In this document: positions 18,841 to 27,596 of the stretch, piece by piece | Numbering within the stretch: position 1 is the first letter of the stretch | How the letters are laid out: each line of letters opens with the position of its first letter | From: an uncultured archaeon | Lineage (GTDB): Archaea; Asgardarchaeota; Thorarchaeia; Thorarchaeales; Thorarchaeaceae | Direction of reading: 5' to 3' | Assembly (NCBI GenBank): GCA_964648855.1 | Contig: CAZYLT010000009.1 | Location: 60,001-92,000 of the forward strand | DNA length: 32,000 nucleotides | Notes under the pieces: model-generated | What the model was told of the DNA's origin: nothing | The model's input: only the letters and a program-made list of their open reading frames with translations | Database searches by the model: none | Position numbers and translations under genes: made by a program

Positions 18841-20265
18841 CTAATCAACTCCCTTGAAAACCTGAGGGCTGAAAACGCCTTCAGGATCCAGGGCATTCTT
18901 TATCTTCCAATATGTATTGAGAAACTCGTCATTCGTTTTCTTTAACGCTCTGTTTTCCCATAACAATCCATTCCAATATGGACCGCCACCTGTTTGGATG
19001 ACAGCATCAAGCAATTCATTCCAAGCCTTGAGTCCGAGATTCATCTTCTCTTTGTTTGGAGCAAACAAGGTGACCCACCCCGTGGCATAAGCTCTATCAG
19101 CTCCGAGGCAACTGGCTATCCATTTGATGCCATTGTCAAGCAACTTGTGTTTCTCAAAGATTCTCCATGCCTTTTCCATCAAATCTGGAATTCTGTTTAT
19201 CGGCCTAAGATGGCATGTATTCAACCAAAAGCCATTATTGTAGAGTGGCTGAACTAGATTGAACATTTCTCCCCAATGCATTTGAGACGCGAAGTTGCCA
19301 AGGTCTTTTCCTCCATGTTCCAGGGCAATATCCTTGATAATCTCCATTTTTCTTGATGCCAACTGCTCATCAGTTTCTTGAACAACCGATGCGAACATCG
19401 CATGAATCTCGGGATGCTTATCGAGAAATCCTGGGAAGAAGGTGTCAGTCGACTGCCTATCTGCGAGCAAATTGAGCTCTTCTGTAAGCCCTCTTTTTTG
19501 CACCTCGAGAAAGCCAGCAGTTGCATCTTGTAGCGTTTTGAATCCAAAGTCTCCGAAAGTGAGGTATTCCGCCTTCGGGTAGATTTTCAGAGTGACTTTT
19601 GTCTTCACACCAAGCGTACCATGGTCCCCGAGAAAGACCCCTGTCAAGTCATTATAGGATGAGTATCTGCCGAAGATTTTTGCAGTTTCATTCCATCCAG
19701 TACCCGTTGTGATTATTGAACCGTCAGCTAAGACCACCTCAAGTGAAACAACCCCCTCTGGAGATGGTCCGAATTTTGATGCCGCATAGCCAATTGAGTT
19801 AATGCTCACTGACCCTCCAACAGTTCCGGCATTTCCACCGTAGGGTCCTCTGAAGCCAAGCTTGTATCCCTTTTCGTCAAGTCTGTGGATCAGTTCTGCC
19901 CATCTCAGTCCCGCTTCTACTGTGACTGTCATGACATCTTCATCAATCGCAATGATGTCATCCATATTGACGAGGTCCAGCATCACGGCATGCTCTACTC
20001 TCGGTAAGCAGGCACCACATATCCCGCTTCTCCCACCTGCAGGGACTATAGGCATTTCATTTTCCCGACAAATCTCTACTATCTCTTGAATTTCCTCAAT
20101 GGTCTCAGGCATTACAACCATGCCAGGTCTCTCCGCAGTTAGATGGCATGCATCTTTGCTATATGATGAGATGATTACTTGGTTATCGCTAACTCTATCA
20201 GTACCAACCACAGCTGAAATGGATTCGTAGAGCGGATGATTCTTCGAAGACTTGACGATTGTCAT
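18841..20265 (-). CDS. FAD-binding oxidoreductase, VAO/PCMH (GlcD/D-LDH/AGPS-like) family
   Basis: PAGGRSG, VEAGL, GTVGG, LEVVLADG, GDHGTLGV and KNALDPEG motifs. ATG at 20265 follows a GAGG SD. Confidence 0.9.
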   Translation of the reverse strand: MTIVKSSKNHPLYESISAVVGTDRVSDNQVIISSYSKDACHLTAERPGMVVMPETIEEIQEIVEICRENEMPIVPAGGRSGICGACLPRVEHAVMLDLVNMDDIIAIDEDVMTVTVEAGLRWAELIHRLDEKGYKLGFRGPYGGNAGTVGGSVSINSIGYAASKFGPSPEGVVSLEVVLADGSIITTGTGWNETAKIFGRYSSYNDLTGVFLGDHGTLGVKTKVTLKIYPKAEYLTFGDFGFKTLQDATAGFLEVQKRGLTEELNLLADRQSTDTFFPGFLDKHPEIHAMFASVVQETDEQLASRKMEIIKDIALEHGGKDLGNFASQMHWGEMFNLVQPLYNNGFWLNTCHLRPINRIPDLMEKAWRIFEKHKLLDNGIKWIASCLGADRAYATGWVTLFAPNKEKMNLGLKAWNELLDAVIQTGGGPYWNGLLWENRALKKTNDEFLNTYWKIKNALDPEGVFSPQVFKGVD

Positions 20266-20429
20266 GAAAACGCCTCTTGGTGTGGGGATTTGTTTGGCTA
20301 TAAGTATTAAACGCTTGGTGAAATTCAGCAACTGATGTAATGTGCCCAACTCTACCACACTAGTATCACAATTCATGAAAGAGAACAACTTATGAACGGG
20401 ACATGAGTTGACTAAACTCGGGACCTATC

Positions 20430-20912
20430 ATGAAGCGAATTGGAGTGGTTTTGGGCAGAGGCGGTCACACGGCCCAGACCTTTTCACTTGTAGATCTTCT
20501 TGGATCACAATTCCATTATATTTACCTGGTCGGACTTATGGATAAACTTACACCAACAAAGATCAACCAGAAAGGTACTCTACTTCGGGTCTTAACTCCT
20601 CGGCTTCGCCCTGAAGATTCCAGGATGATGTCTGCGATAAGAACTATTACAACGCTACTTCTCTCATTGCTCTATTTCGTTGTCTTCAGACCTTGTGTAG
20701 TGCTCAGTTGTGGTACGGGAATGACTGTTCCGGTGTTTTATTCAGCTCGGGTTCTCGGCATCAAAACTGTGTTCATCGAGAGTATGTCCCGAGTGAAATC
20801 GTTATCAAAGACGGGTGAAATCCTGTTGGGCAATACCACGCTCTTCATGGTACAGTGGGAGTCGCTTGCAGAAAAACTGCCAGGGGTCATTTACGGAGGT
20901 CAACTTCTATGA
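20430..20912 (+). CDS. alg14: Alg14/PssD/CpsF-like subunit of a split UDP-GlcNAc:lipid-linked glycosyltransferase
   Basis: GRGGHT, RPCVVLSCGTG, VFIESMSRVKSLSKTG and VQW motifs. Confidence 0.88.
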   Translation: MKRIGVVLGRGGHTAQTFSLVDLLGSQFHYIYLVGLMDKLTPTKINQKGTLLRVLTPRLRPEDSRMMSAIRTITTLLLSLLYFVVFRPCVVLSCGTGMTVPVFYSARVLGIKTVFIESMSRVKSLSKTGEILLGNTTLFMVQWESLAEKLPGVIYGGQLL

Positions 20913-21370
20913 TTTTTCTTACTGTGGGTACATCTCACTTTGATGCATTAATCAAAGAGATGGATGACCTAGCCGAATCTGGAACAATCACCGAATCAAT
21001 ACTTGCGCAGATAGGCACTGGAACATATATCCCGAGAAATTTTAGATATGTTCGCCTCCTAAGGAATCTCAATCGCGCGTATGCGATGGCAGATGTAATC
21101 GTCAGTGCGGGTGGTGCTGGAACCACTGTAGAATGTACAACAAGAGGACTGAAGCTTGTCGTGGTTGAGAACAAATCGGTCATGGAAGGTCATCAAAGAG
21201 AGCTTATTGAGGAACTAAATCGACGAGGTCATTTAGCTTGGTGTCGGAGTCTAGATGAGCTCCCCAGTTGCATTGAATATGCCAAGAAGACTGATTTTGA
21301 GCCTTTCGTAACAGATGCGTCACGAGCACATAAAATCATTCTAGATCTTCTTAGCCCAAGCAAGTGCTGA
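20909..21370 (+). CDS. alg13: Alg13/PssE/CpsG-like catalytic subunit (GT28 C-terminal domain)
   Basis: MIFLTVGTSHFD, QIG, ADVIVSAGGAGT and HQRE motifs; ATGA overlap with the alg14-like gene. Confidence 0.88.
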   Translation: MIFLTVGTSHFDALIKEMDDLAESGTITESILAQIGTGTYIPRNFRYVRLLRNLNRAYAMADVIVSAGGAGTTVECTTRGLKLVVVENKSVMEGHQRELIEELNRRGHLAWCRSLDELPSCIEYAKKTDFEPFVTDASRAHKIILDLLSPSKC

Positions 21371-21381
21371 TGACGAACATG

Positions 21382-21392
21382 TTTGTTTTTTT
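21382..21392 (+). terminator. Oligo-T archaeal terminator after the alg13-like gene
   Basis: TTTG followed by a T run, starting 12 nt after the stop codon. Confidence 0.45.
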
Positions 21393-21625
21393 AAATTGAG
21401 AAATCCCATTTCGCGCCAAATGGAAAATATGCGCGCGATTCTTGTGGCAATTGGACTGCGATTTGTTATGTGAGGGCATATCTAGATAATACGCTCATGC
21501 ATATGCCACTAATGCGTGGATTTGATGTATCACTTATATTAAGAAAAACACCCCTTTCCAGTGGAAGCAAAGGCTAGTTACATTCGCTATCTTTAGCCTA
21601 GAAAACCACCGAGAGATGAGTAACC

Positions 21626-22387
21626 GTGAGTAGAAAGAGAATTTCCAAAAGTGCAGCCCAGAAATCCAAACTCCTTCAGACAAGAGGAATGGCGATGGCA
21701 GTCAAACTATACAAGTACGAAGGACTGGGAATGTCTAGGTCACAGCTGTCAAAGGCTCTACGTGAGATGCCTTACGAGCCCAAGAACAATAAAGATGTGA
21801 CCTCTGGTTTTGCGTCAGCAAGGGCAAGTGGAGAAACAGTCGTTGGTGAATATGTGGCAGGATTTCGGGTGCCAATATTGACCTATGATGATGAAGGAAA
21901 CTTGACGCCTGAGCATTACGTTAGTATGGATAAAGCAGATGCAATTGTCAAGCTTGACCGAGGAACAATTGAAGTTCGTGGTTCACAGCGAATTGCGAAC
22001 AAAGTTGTACGGGATATTGAAGAGGCTAGCGGCGCGACGATATCTCCTCTTAACCTAGATGGCGGGGCAAAGAAGCTCTATGATTCTGCTGCAGATATTG
22101 CTTCAGTTATGCTGACAGGAATCGAGAAGGATGTTGGGAATCTCAAGAAAGCCCAGTTCATCGGAGATGGAATTCAAACTGAAGATGATATTCTAATGTA
22201 TACTCGTAGGTACAAGGGTGCTATCAGCCGATTCAGGGGCACGTTTCCCTATCCAAGCGGCGCTTTCTTGACAACTAGTGTAAATACCGAAAAAGGGTCT
22301 CTGTTGATCTACAAGACTGGCGATGGGATTCGAGAAGCTGACCTCGACTGGATTGTAAGTCTAATGGAAGATTCTGCTGTTGGGTAA
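21626..22387 (+). CDS. Hypothetical protein, RdgC-like (putative DNA-binding)
   Basis: Clean 253-aa ORF with a basic N-tail. KLYKY...QLSKALREMPYEP...DVTSGF and AIVKLDRGTIEVRGSQRIANKVVRDIEEASGATISPLNL parallel RdgC segments as I recall them. Confidence 0.55.
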   Translation: MSRKRISKSAAQKSKLLQTRGMAMAVKLYKYEGLGMSRSQLSKALREMPYEPKNNKDVTSGFASARASGETVVGEYVAGFRVPILTYDDEGNLTPEHYVSMDKADAIVKLDRGTIEVRGSQRIANKVVRDIEEASGATISPLNLDGGAKKLYDSAADIASVMLTGIEKDVGNLKKAQFIGDGIQTEDDILMYTRRYKGAISRFRGTFPYPSGAFLTTSVNTEKGSLLIYKTGDGIREADLDWIVSLMEDSAVG

Positions 22388-22395
22388 AAACTGTA

Positions 22396-22440
22396 GAGGC
22401 CGTTTCGGTGGCCCTCCCAACAGCATCTTTTTCTCTCTTT
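22396..22440. terminator. Possible terminator hairpin between convergent genes
   Basis: GGCCGT-TTCG-GTGGCC stem-loop (two G-U pairs, UUCG loop) followed by CTTTTTCTCTCTTT. Confidence 0.4.
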
Positions 22441-22445
22441 GACTC

Positions 22446-22757
22446 TCAAGCATCCTGAAGCCATTCAGTTGGACTTCTCTTAATTCCGATGACTGTTCTG
22501 GTATTATCTATATACCACCGGGTCTTCTCTCGAAATCGAGGCCAAAAATCAAAGAATAACTGGGGATTTTCCGTTTCTAGAAATAGGAAGCCATTCCATT
22601 CAGTCCCCCAAGCAAACCTATAATCGCCCACTATGTGAAGTTCTTCCGGCCAGTCTTTCTGAGAAAATTCTTGCCAGAATTCCTTTGCTTGATCTGCCTG
22701 TTCAGCAGTCATTTTCATGAAGCGATAGAATACGACAAATGAGAAAGTCACTCTCAA
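22446..22757 (-). CDS. Small hypothetical protein, probably a dimeric alpha-beta barrel (GYD/DUF3303-like)
   Basis: Pattern FVVFYRF-helix-LHIVGDY...WNGFLFLETENP...TRTVIG; TTG start after GAGG. Confidence 0.55.
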   Translation of the reverse strand: MRVTFSFVVFYRFMKMTAEQADQAKEFWQEFSQKDWPEELHIVGDYRFAWGTEWNGFLFLETENPQLFFDFWPRFREKTRWYIDNTRTVIGIKRSPTEWLQDA

Positions 22758-22824
22758 TACCTCTTGGTTTGCATGCTCTTCGGTGCATTAAAAAGATTGG
22801 CGCTTGACAACAAGTTGATTCGGC

Positions 22825-23556
22825 ATGAAGAATGGGTCGAATGATATTGTCCGATGTGATTTTCAACATGGCAAAATAGCGTATGCTTTCCACTGGAATC
22901 AATCACACCATCAAGACTTCGGAAAGAATCTCGGCGATTCAGCAGCCTTGTGGGCGCATTTCACGCAAATCATGAACGGAAATCTCCCGGAATCATTCTT
23001 TCGTGACCCTTTCTATCAGAGAGCCTCTTCCTTGCGGTTGAAGCGTAGACCTGCTCATGTGAAAGTTCGACTTCGCAAACGCCTTGAAAAAGCAGGTGCA
23101 CTGGAAATATCTGTTGACGATGATTTAGTGGGGCGTATTCGTGAATTGCATCGAAACAGGGGCGATAGGTCATATCAATCCGATCATTCCATTGTAAAGG
23201 ATTTTCTAACAACCGACCACAAATCTGTGGCAATTGAGGTACCTGTTTGGTCTGAACGTCTTCATCTAACGGGTCATGTTGACTTAGTGCGAATAGTCGA
23301 TGGCGCGGTTCAGGTATGCGACTATAAGCCCGGGTCTCTGGACTCCACAACAAAACGGTTCATGGAGTCTCTTCCGCAAGTTGCCGCATACGGTGAAATG
23401 ATGACACATCGCCTTGCTTCGACATTAAGATCCGCGCTAGATACACCTCTTCTTCCTAAGGTGAAGTGTTGCATTTTTGACACCCATTCATCTTGGCACT
23501 TTGGAGCTGAACTCCTTACAACTCTGCAGGAATCGGACGCGATGGAGCGGCTCTAG
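22825..23556 (+). CDS. PD-(D/E)XK superfamily nuclease (RecB-like)
   Basis: AIEVPVW...TGHVDLV...VCDYKP...QVAAYG gives the full E/D/DxK/QxxxY set. Confidence 0.85.
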   Translation: MKNGSNDIVRCDFQHGKIAYAFHWNQSHHQDFGKNLGDSAALWAHFTQIMNGNLPESFFRDPFYQRASSLRLKRRPAHVKVRLRKRLEKAGALEISVDDDLVGRIRELHRNRGDRSYQSDHSIVKDFLTTDHKSVAIEVPVWSERLHLTGHVDLVRIVDGAVQVCDYKPGSLDSTTKRFMESLPQVAAYGEMMTHRLASTLRSALDTPLLPKVKCCIFDTHSSWHFGAELLTTLQESDAMERL

Positions 23557-24389
23557 TCTTCCCCATTTCTCAAGACCCTCATTCTCACCTTCTCTTCAAT
23601 AGCCACGGGGTTTGATGAGGAAGCTGACATTTTTAGTTGAATGGTTGGTCTCTCTGAAACCAGACCTTCTCTAACCCGTGAGAAATAGTCTTCAGTCAGG
23701 AGACCAAATTGACCTAACGCTGGGTCAACTGGAATCCAACCTTTGTCTTTTAGAAAAACTTCGCACCATGCATGAGGCTCCGGTTCAGGATTCCCCCTGA
23801 AGAGGTGTCCGATAACTCTCCTAGAGGGGATTTTTACTGCGCGAGTTAGTGATATGAAGAGGTCTGCATGTTCGTCGCAATCCCCTTCTCGCTCCAAAGC
23901 TGCTCGGGCGGCACCCAGACGGGTGTCAAGATGCGTCTTTAGCTTCATGTGTTCCCTAACTGCTTTCATCGCAATCCGGGAATACGCTTCATCGCTTTTA
24001 CTTTTCTCAGCTATTCTCTGAGACAGTTCCTGAACCGTGCCATCGTCAATTTCCCAATACCTCTGCATCTTACAGTATCCTGATTGGATACGTTTTACAA
24101 TCTCTGTGGGTGTTGCTTGTGGTTCCATCAGCCAATCCCTCGAAATAGTATCAATTCTCAGAATTACTGTGGGAGAAAAACTCTCTCCAGGATTCAACTC
24201 TGGTACCTTCATGATGGCTACCATATTCTTCTCAGCCTTTTCTGAAACCCTTGCCGGTGGAAACACGTCAATAGTTTCGACGAATTGGTTATCCATATCT
24301 GTGAACATGTGCCAAACAAGTCTTCCATCTCTAATACGAACTGAGTCTCGATTCTCAATGTTCGCTTGCATCTCAATGAACAATCGCAA
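23553..24389 (-). CDS. Transglutaminase-like (cysteine protease fold) protein
   Basis: Catalytic triad motifs GDCDEHA, HAWCEV and WIPVDP; no signal peptide seen. Confidence 0.9.
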   Translation of the reverse strand: MRLFIEMQANIENRDSVRIRDGRLVWHMFTDMDNQFVETIDVFPPARVSEKAEKNMVAIMKVPELNPGESFSPTVILRIDTISRDWLMEPQATPTEIVKRIQSGYCKMQRYWEIDDGTVQELSQRIAEKSKSDEAYSRIAMKAVREHMKLKTHLDTRLGAARAALEREGDCDEHADLFISLTRAVKIPSRRVIGHLFRGNPEPEPHAWCEVFLKDKGWIPVDPALGQFGLLTEDYFSRVREGLVSERPTIQLKMSASSSNPVAIEEKVRMRVLRNGED

Positions 24390-24495
24390 TGACGGGGCCT
24401 CAGAATACTAATTGAATGTCTAGCGAATAGATTTATGTGTTATTAGTTAATCATCATCTATTGCCCACTCAGGGTGAGATTGTTGGGGTTCTGAG

Positions 24496-25950
24496 ATGCC
24501 AGAAGATAACGAAAGAAAGCGGTCAAAAAACGACCAAGACAGAATAGTCGATGACATGCTATCAGAACTTGGCGTTGATGATGCAATGCGGCAAGAGCTT
24601 GTCGAATCGGGGCGAATGTCCAGTGATGTCGTAAAAGTTGCAACTGCAGAACAGATTCGCAGACAGATGGAGATCGAAAAGAGCAGAGAACGACTCAGAG
24701 AGAATCTGAATGTTGTCGAACGCGATATGATGAAAATTGAGAATTTTATCGACCGCGTAGAAAGCGATTTGGTACCAGTTGTACTGTCTTTCCTGGTGCG
24801 ATTGAAAGGTGACCTTGTAGGTCTAAAGACTGACATCGTCGGAAGAAGCAAGCGACGCGCTAAAACAAATCTGCAGGCCAACTTTGTCGAAACCACGGTA
24901 AAATCCATTTGCGATGACGAGTTCTCGGATATTGAAGAAACTCTAACTTCAGGAATGTCTGCTCCGATTTTGGAGAAGATACGTGATTTAACAGATATAT
25001 TCAAAGAATCGGTTCGAACTCTTAATGAAGAGTTCTCCGATCTTAAGGCTTCTATTGATGACTTTGGGCAGAGAGCAGGAACAGAAATCGAGTTCCTCTC
25101 AAAAGAAGTGAGCATGAAGCCCAAGGTCGATGTTCCAAAAGAAGTGAAAGAGAGAATCGAAGAACAGCAGCGTCAATTGCGACGTCTGAGGAACGAAGTC
25201 GAATTGCTCAATGATAAGTTAGAAAATCGAGAAGCAGAAATTACTGCTCTTCAAACGAATCTTGCCGCAACTAAGGCAAGAAATGAGAATCTTGAAAATG
25301 CCATCCGGAAGGCGAAGGGGACACCAGCTGCGGATGTAGAAATGGTAGCTAATCTCCGTAAGGGCGTAAAGGCTCTGGAAACCGAAAAAGAACTACTTGA
25401 TGATGAAATCGCCCAATTGACAGGAGCCCAGAAGCAGTCAGAGAAGACTATTTCTGATCTCAGGGATAAACTTGCAAAATCAGAGCTGAGTGAACAGGAA
25501 CTCCAAAATCAACTATCATCTGTTCAATCCGAGCTTGAAAAGGCATCTAAGAGATTCTCCGAGATTGATGAGCTTCGGTCGATTGTCCGAGATTATGAAT
25601 CAGGTGACACAATGCGAGAAGCTGAACGATTGAAGTCAGAGTTAGATCGAGAACAGTCGCGAAATCAACGCTTGAGCGTGGAGTTGGAAAAGGCAGAAAA
25701 TGAAGCTAAAACCACAGGTGCTCGTTTGAATGGATATTTGGACCTTATGGCTTCCTCAGAGAAGACCAAAGCATTCCTGATGGTCGAGGATAATAAAGAA
25801 ATGGAAATTCGGGAGATTGCCCGTTCGCTTGGAGTTTCACCCGCTATCGTTTCACAGTGGGCTAACGATTTTGTCGATATGGGTATAGCCCATATAAGAG
25901 ACAACACAACATTAGTTCTGGCGGATGAACTGATCCAAGACTCGGAATAG
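24496..25950 (+). CDS. Long coiled-coil protein with a C-terminal winged helix-turn-helix
   Basis: E/K/L/Q/R heptad-rich segment from about aa 215 to 415. C-terminal MEIREIARSLGVSPAIVSQWANDFVDMGIA is an HTH plus wing. Confidence 0.75.
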   Translation: MPEDNERKRSKNDQDRIVDDMLSELGVDDAMRQELVESGRMSSDVVKVATAEQIRRQMEIEKSRERLRENLNVVERDMMKIENFIDRVESDLVPVVLSFLVRLKGDLVGLKTDIVGRSKRRAKTNLQANFVETTVKSICDDEFSDIEETLTSGMSAPILEKIRDLTDIFKESVRTLNEEFSDLKASIDDFGQRAGTEIEFLSKEVSMKPKVDVPKEVKERIEEQQRQLRRLRNEVELLNDKLENREAEITALQTNLAATKARNENLENAIRKAKGTPAADVEMVANLRKGVKALETEKELLDDEIAQLTGAQKQSEKTISDLRDKLAKSELSEQELQNQLSSVQSELEKASKRFSEIDELRSIVRDYESGDTMREAERLKSELDREQSRNQRLSVELEKAENEAKTTGARLNGYLDLMASSEKTKAFLMVEDNKEMEIREIARSLGVSPAIVSQWANDFVDMGIAHIRDNTTLVLADELIQDSE

Positions 25951-25963
25951 CATGCAGAGCTCC

Positions 25964-26407
25964 TTATGTATTCTGGAGTTTGGCTATGAAGTCAAGTGTT
26001 TCTACTAGACCATCTAGCTGCAGGACGGATTCATAGAGGTTTTCAATTCTTTCTCTTGAAGGCCCATTACCCGATAGATACTCTTTAACAGCTGGTCTAA
26101 GGACATCTTCGAAATAGGACGCTCTTAGATTCTGCATGACGTCCAAAAGAGATGTGTTCAGATAATCTGAATTTAGGTCATATCGAATTCTTTCGACGTA
26201 TTTCAGGCAATTGTCGCTGCTACCAAAATTCTTCTCACTTTTTTCTATCAATTGCGTCGCCAGTGCTTTATACGATTGATGTGCCTGATTGGGATTTCTT
26301 ACAGCCATGAGTTTTGTGTCAGCGCATTTGTCCAAAAATGAACGATTTGTAGAAGTGACGGATTCCAGCAGTCCACTTACTTTCCGCAGACCATCCGGAT
26401 TATTCAT
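25964..26407 (-). CDS. Hypothetical alpha-helical protein (147 aa)
   Basis: Fills the gap without overlaps; protein-like composition; GGCGGT SD-like site upstream. Confidence 0.65.
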   Translation of the reverse strand: MNNPDGLRKVSGLLESVTSTNRSFLDKCADTKLMAVRNPNQAHQSYKALATQLIEKSEKNFGSSDNCLKYVERIRYDLNSDYLNTSLLDVMQNLRASYFEDVLRPAVKEYLSGNGPSRERIENLYESVLQLDGLVETLDFIAKLQNT

Positions 26408-26539
26408 TGATACCGCCGGAAAATAATTAGAATGGAATGCTTTTAATGATGTCTTTTGTTGTTTTGCTATCTAGTTCCTCTAGTTTCCACCTATCTGTAC
26501 CAAAACAGGCATAAGAGCTATCGTGTACTGCATTGAAAG

Positions 26540-27586
26540 ATGAAGGAAGCACAGCTGTATTCGGAAATACCTGGCGGAGTAAGATGTGACCTCTGTGCAC
26601 GAAGATGTGTAATTCATGAAGGTGAAACGGGATTTTGCAGAGTGAGGCATCTAGATGATGGCATTCTCCGCACTGAAGTATATGGGCTAATTGATGGGAT
26701 GGCAGCGGATCCCGTGGAGAAGAAGCCCCTATTTCATTTCGCACCTGGGTCTCATACTTTCTCAATCAGCACATCATCATGCAATTTCAGGTGCAAATTC
26801 TGCCTCAACTATCACAGCGCTCATCGAGAACACCCCATTGGTAGAAAGTTTTCACCCAAAGAAATTGTGAAGATGGCCAAAGACCATGACTGTCAGGGGA
26901 TAACGTATACCTATACTGAACCGACAATCTTCATGGAAATAGCGCACGATACAGCAAAAATAGCTCACAAAGAAGGAATGTACAATACATTTGTGACAAA
27001 TGGATACCTAACACAGGAGGCTATCGACTACATATCTCCGTATCTAGACGCGGCATCTGTCAATTTCAAAGGTAGTGGCAACAAGGAATTCTATCAGAAC
27101 TATATGGAAGTTCCAAAGGTTAAGCCCATTTTTGATGCCATGAACTACATGAAAGAAAAAGGCATCTTCATTGAGATAACAAATCTGATTATCCCCGAAA
27201 TTGGCGACTTCAAAGAAGACACAAGAAGACTTGCAGCTTGGACAGCAAAGAATCTTGGTTCCAAGACACCATTTCATCTTACTGCTTTCTCTCCAACGTA
27301 CAAGATAACCCACCTCCCCCGAACACCCGCTAACATGATAGAATCACACATTGACATTGTCAAAGACGAAGGTTTGGAGTATGTCTACTCTGGCAATATT
27401 CCCGGCCATAATTATGAAAACACCATATGCCCCGGTTGTGGCTTTAAAGCCGTTGAGCGATATTCCGTATTTCTAAAAAGCAACAATTTGAACGATGACG
27501 GAAGATGTCCGAAATGCGACACAAATCTCGGTATCGCAGGAACAAAATGGATGCAGATTGGCCCTGGGTCATCTCGATTCTTTTGA
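26540..27586 (+). CDS. amrS: AmmeMemoRadiSam system radical SAM enzyme
   Basis: CDLCARRC...GFCRVR, DPVEKKPLFHF, CNFRCKFC, YTYTEPTI, YVYSGN and C-terminal CPGC/CPKC. Confidence 0.92.
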   Translation: MKEAQLYSEIPGGVRCDLCARRCVIHEGETGFCRVRHLDDGILRTEVYGLIDGMAADPVEKKPLFHFAPGSHTFSISTSSCNFRCKFCLNYHSAHREHPIGRKFSPKEIVKMAKDHDCQGITYTYTEPTIFMEIAHDTAKIAHKEGMYNTFVTNGYLTQEAIDYISPYLDAASVNFKGSGNKEFYQNYMEVPKVKPIFDAMNYMKEKGIFIEITNLIIPEIGDFKEDTRRLAAWTAKNLGSKTPFHLTAFSPTYKITHLPRTPANMIESHIDIVKDEGLEYVYSGNIPGHNYENTICPGCGFKAVERYSVFLKSNNLNDDGRCPKCDTNLGIAGTKWMQIGPGSSRFF

Positions 27587-27596
27587 GGCTTCATAG

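Noticed and set aside
21365-21394. Cys-TGA-TGA at the end of the alg13-like gene as possible selenocysteine read-through
   Set aside because: The protein is already full length for Alg13, I see no convincing SECIS, and an oligo-T terminator follows. A double stop is the simpler explanation.
22825-23556. Nuclease as Cas4 or CRISPR-associated
   Set aside because: It lacks the four-Cys Fe-S pattern of Cas4, and there are no cas genes or repeat-spacer array in the window.
24447-25124. 225-aa minus-strand ORF
   Set aside because: Antisense shadow of the coiled-coil gene; S/F-rich.
24496-25950. SMC/Rad50 annotation
   Set aside because: No Walker A/B, signature motif, hinge or Zn-hook.
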